Shown piece by piece: positions 60,985 through 64,000 of a stretch of DNA of 64,000 nucleotides (its first letter is position 1; the number at the start of each line of letters is the position of its first letter). The translations under genes were made by a program, and so were the position numbers. Source of the DNA: Candidatus Kaelpia aquatica (lineage in GTDB: Bacteria > Omnitrophota > Gorgyraeia > Kaelpiales > Kaelpiaceae). Location of the stretch: positions 5,559 through 69,558 of the forward strand of contig JAVCCU010000009.1 of NCBI GenBank assembly GCA_030765335.1, given 5' to 3'. The notes beneath the pieces are model-generated. The model was not told the origin of the DNA, did no database searches, and saw only the letters and a list, made by a program, of their open reading frames with translations.

Positions 60985-61941
60985 TTAGAATATTATTATT
61001 AACGGAACTACCAATAAAAGCAACAGCATTAACTCGTAAGCTCTGTTCAGCTTTCTGAACCTAAGCAGGACAAATAGCACCACTGTTACTATCTCTACAG
61101 CTACAAGTGTATAGAGATGGGAGGATGACATCTTTGAAAAAATAGGTACCTTGAAAGAGACTATCTCCAAGATAGGTATGATGGCTATATCTAAAGCATT
61201 GCTTCCTATTATATTTCCTATAGCCATAGCATGAGACCTGTTCATGAGAGCTGAAACTGTTACAACAAGCTCTGGTAAAGATGTAATGACACCTAAAAAA
61301 AGTGTTCCAAAAAAAACATAGTTCAACATAGACCTCTCAACAATAATCTTAGATTGAATAACTGTAAGCTGAGCAAAAAACGCCATTGCAATCAAAGCAA
61401 TTATAAATACAGCCCATTCTTTCAAACAACCTTTGTCATTACTGGGCTTAGAAGAAACAATATCAGCCTGGCCGTCTCTAATCTCACCTTTAAGAAAAAT
61501 TAAGTATAGAATTACTATAAAAATATTTTCTAATCCAAAGCTGAAAATATCCAGATCAAAGCCTGCAAAACTCCTTAGGATGATCGAAACCGCAATCAAA
61601 GCCTGCAATATTAAGATTATAAATATTCCCTTAAAATTTTTACTTTTCCTTAAAAACCCGCCCTTAGACACGCAAAGATCCAGCAGTATTAAAATAAAAA
61701 GATTGCTCAGAAGAGACCCAAATATATTTCCTAAAGCTAAATCAAAAATCTTACTTTTAACAGCAATTACAGAAGTAAGCAGCTCTGGAGCAGATGTGGC
61801 CAAAGCAAGAAAGAAGACACCCATAAAACCTTCGGATATTCGACTCTTCTTTGCTATTAGAGACCCATACTTACAAGATATATAGCCAGACAGAAAGATG
61901 GCGATAGAGTATAGCGCGAACTTAAGCCAGGCTATCAACAT
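60985..61941 (-). CDS. Na+/Ca2+ exchanger family (YrbG-like) protein
   Basis: Two alpha repeats ATSAPEL...GNIFGS and TSLPEL...GNIIGSN. Confidence 0.92.
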   Translation of the reverse strand: MLIAWLKFALYSIAIFLSGYISCKYGSLIAKKSRISEGFMGVFFLALATSAPELLTSVIAVKSKIFDLALGNIFGSLLSNLFILILLDLCVSKGGFLRKSKNFKGIFIILILQALIAVSIILRSFAGFDLDIFSFGLENIFIVILYLIFLKGEIRDGQADIVSSKPSNDKGCLKEWAVFIIALIAMAFFAQLTVIQSKIIVERSMLNYVFFGTLFLGVITSLPELVVTVSALMNRSHAMAIGNIIGSNALDIAIIPILEIVSFKVPIFSKMSSSHLYTLVAVEIVTVVLFVLLRFRKLNRAYELMLLLLLVVPLIIIF

Positions 61942-63556
61942 TATTCTTCCCGGTTACAGAATAGAACTCACAGAGCTTAGTTAGAAATTCCATATCCCAA
62001 ATCCAAAACCCCTTGGTCTTTAGTATCAAATTTACATTATTATCCTCTAGCTGATTAGGAACAATTGCTATCTTCTGATTAAATCTTACCTGACTATCTT
62101 TAAGTCTCTCTATAATGGCATAGCTATCCTGCTCCTTAAATCCTGGGGAAACTACAAGGAAGAGCCAGTGTCCAGCACCCTCCCTCTTTGCGCAAAAGAG
62201 AACATAGTTTTGACCTTGAGACTCTTTTTCAAGAGATAAGATTTTAGGCAACTGTTTCCTTTTCCCGGATAAGTCTATAAACTCATTGTCAAATTTCAAG
62301 ATAAGCTCTTTTACGACAGCCTCTATCTCTAGCATCGGTTTATCGCTATGAAAGAGATTGGAGCCAAAGTTAACGCAGTCCAGTTCTTTCTCCAGCATCT
62401 CCATGCGAGCCTTAAAACCTATTCCCAGCCCCATGAGATCTGCACTATAAGCATAGAGAAGCCATATTCTAAAAAGCGGATCCTTTATCCGGAAAAAACT
62501 ACCATTCTTCTCTAGGAAACCGTTCATAGAATAACCGGAATCTGCATAAGAGAGGTCCAGCTTCTTAAGGCTCTTTTTCTTTGTATTACCTCTTGCAATC
62601 TCAATAATAAAAGGCAAAAATTCCTGAAACTTCTCAACCCCGGGATAATTTTTCAATTTTTCACCAAAGAACCTATAAAGAAAACCTTTGTTATTGATCA
62701 GATTTTCTCTGATTACCAGAATGAGACTTTCAGAGTCAAATCTATCTACATTCTCTTGAACCCAAGATGTTAATATATCAAGATAGAGAGGTACGCCCGC
62801 GGTTAAAGTTATTAGTCTATCTATAGCAACATCATTCATCTCTCTTATTTTTCCCATTCTGGACTCTATAAACCCTCTAGACTCCTGATATGAGAATTTA
62901 TCTAACTCCATAATCTCAAAATTGCCAAACAACAGAGAGAGCTCTGAATTTAAAACAGATTTAGACCTATCCTGATCTGAACTCATTAATATAAATAAAG
63001 CATGTTCATCCAGCATGATATGCTCTCTCAATATCTGCATCCAATAATTCAGCTTAAGCTTACTCAAGCCAAAAAATTCATCTATAACGAAGAGGGAGTT
63101 CTTCTTGAACTCTTTCTTGATCAGGAGCGGAAGGCGCAATATCGAGCTCATTAAAAGCTCATAATTGTTATTCTTAAGACCTAACTCTATGTTTCTTACA
63201 ATAGAACTAAAAGCTGGATAATCCCTATCGATAACCCTCCCGCTCTCAGCTGCACTATCTATAAAAAAATTACTATCTACTAAGGAGAACCTACGCAGAG
63301 AATGGAGTAAAAACCCTAAAAAACTCTCTTTCAAAAACCCTTCTTCAAGATTGAGGTAGATAGGAAAAAGGTCTTCTCCTAAATCATCGTGTATAAATTT
63401 AAGAATGAGTGATGTCTTACCGATACTCCAAGGACCCAGAATAGCAAGATTTCTCCTATAGCCATCAAGATAATCATTCTTTATCTTCTTTAATCTTTCT
63501 ACCTCTTTCTCTCTTGAGGAAAACTCTTCTTTTGCTACAGGGCCTATTTTTATCAT
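61922..63556 (-). CDS. Archaeal-type P-loop ATPase (ATPase_2-like) with winged helix and divergent C-terminal alpha/beta domain
   Basis: F..RE.E..., GPWSIGKTS Walker A, FVIDEF Walker B, T.G.P.YL, F.I.DP.FR.W. Confidence 0.75.
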   Translation of the reverse strand: MIKIGPVAKEEFSSREKEVERLKKIKNDYLDGYRRNLAILGPWSIGKTSLILKFIHDDLGEDLFPIYLNLEEGFLKESFLGFLLHSLRRFSLVDSNFFIDSAAESGRVIDRDYPAFSSIVRNIELGLKNNNYELLMSSILRLPLLIKKEFKKNSLFVIDEFFGLSKLKLNYWMQILREHIMLDEHALFILMSSDQDRSKSVLNSELSLLFGNFEIMELDKFSYQESRGFIESRMGKIREMNDVAIDRLITLTAGVPLYLDILTSWVQENVDRFDSESLILVIRENLINNKGFLYRFFGEKLKNYPGVEKFQEFLPFIIEIARGNTKKKSLKKLDLSYADSGYSMNGFLEKNGSFFRIKDPLFRIWLLYAYSADLMGLGIGFKARMEMLEKELDCVNFGSNLFHSDKPMLEIEAVVKELILKFDNEFIDLSGKRKQLPKILSLEKESQGQNYVLFCAKREGAGHWLFLVVSPGFKEQDSYAIIERLKDSQVRFNQKIAIVPNQLEDNNVNLILKTKGFWIWDMEFLTKLCEFYSVTGKNNVDSLA

Positions 63557-63566
63557 TGAATAAAAA

Positions 63567-64000
63567 TTATTTTAAAAATTTTAATGGATCTAAAGGATTG
63601 TTCTCTCTCCTTACCTCAAAGTGCAATACCCCGTTCTCTTTATCAACGCGGGATATGGAATCACCCTGCTTAACATAATCACCTTTTTTAACTAAAAGAA
63701 CATCGTTGTAAGCATAGAGCGAATAGAGCCCTCCCCCGTGATCAATCATTACAACCTTATCATAGCCTTTTATATCTTCACCAGAATAGCAGACCTCACC
63801 CGAAGCCGCAGCAATTACTCTCTGAGATGAAGATAGTTTTATATCTATACCCTTATTAATCCCACTGGAAGTTGAATCTTTAAAGTAGGATATAACCTTG
63901 CCTTTAACAGGCCAAATAAAATCAGAGCTGGACAGACTCTGTTTTACAGCTCTACTTGGAATATACAATAATTGACCCTCCTTTATCCTGGAAGGGTCGT
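63567..64000 (-). CDS. M23 peptidase (NlpD-like), N-terminus outside window
   Basis: FIWPVKG, NKGIDI, AAASG.V, IDH, LHFEVR, DP..FL. Confidence 0.9.
   Translation of the reverse strand, partial: DPSRIKEGQLLYIPSRAVKQSLSSSDFIWPVKGKVISYFKDSTSSGINKGIDIKLSSSQRVIAAASGEVCYSGEDIKGYDKVVMIDHGGGLYSLYAYNDVLLVKKGDYVKQGDSISRVDKENGVLHFEVRRENNPLDPLKFLK

Overview
AT-rich bacterial chromosome segment with nearly all genes on the minus strand. A PVC-superphylum 'small basic protein' (55877-56137) and the gene content point to a PVC lineage, most plausibly Omnitrophota (inference). It is mostly housekeeping: trpDCF, ilvBNC, proBA-nadD, rplU-rpmA-obgE, rnhA-rnpB, three tRNAs, uppS-cdsA-dxr-rseP-ispG-proS, hppA, purA, serA, tig-clpP, lptC/A-lptB-hpf, aroB and dgt. 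I found no CRISPR array, prophage, integrase or transposase. The best candidate for an undescribed system is a 2072-aa protein with a signal peptide, a CBM11-like domain, a large polytopic membrane domain and a Cgs-type GH94 phosphorylase, but no recognisable GT84 synthase domain. About 3 kb away is a secreted GH144-like beta-1,2-glucanase behind a near-consensus sigma54 promoter. Items missing from the ORF track include a 29-aa basic peptide with its own promoter and RBS upstream of suhB, deletion-eroded remnants (tRNA-His-like, sixA-like, possibly apt-like), a compact RNase P RNA lacking P13/P14 and repeated leaderless promoter architecture. Also notable are a degenerate HD-GYP protein, a secreted CheR-like protein and a DUF2779 dual-nuclease module. 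All family calls come from motif recognition by eye; no searches were run.
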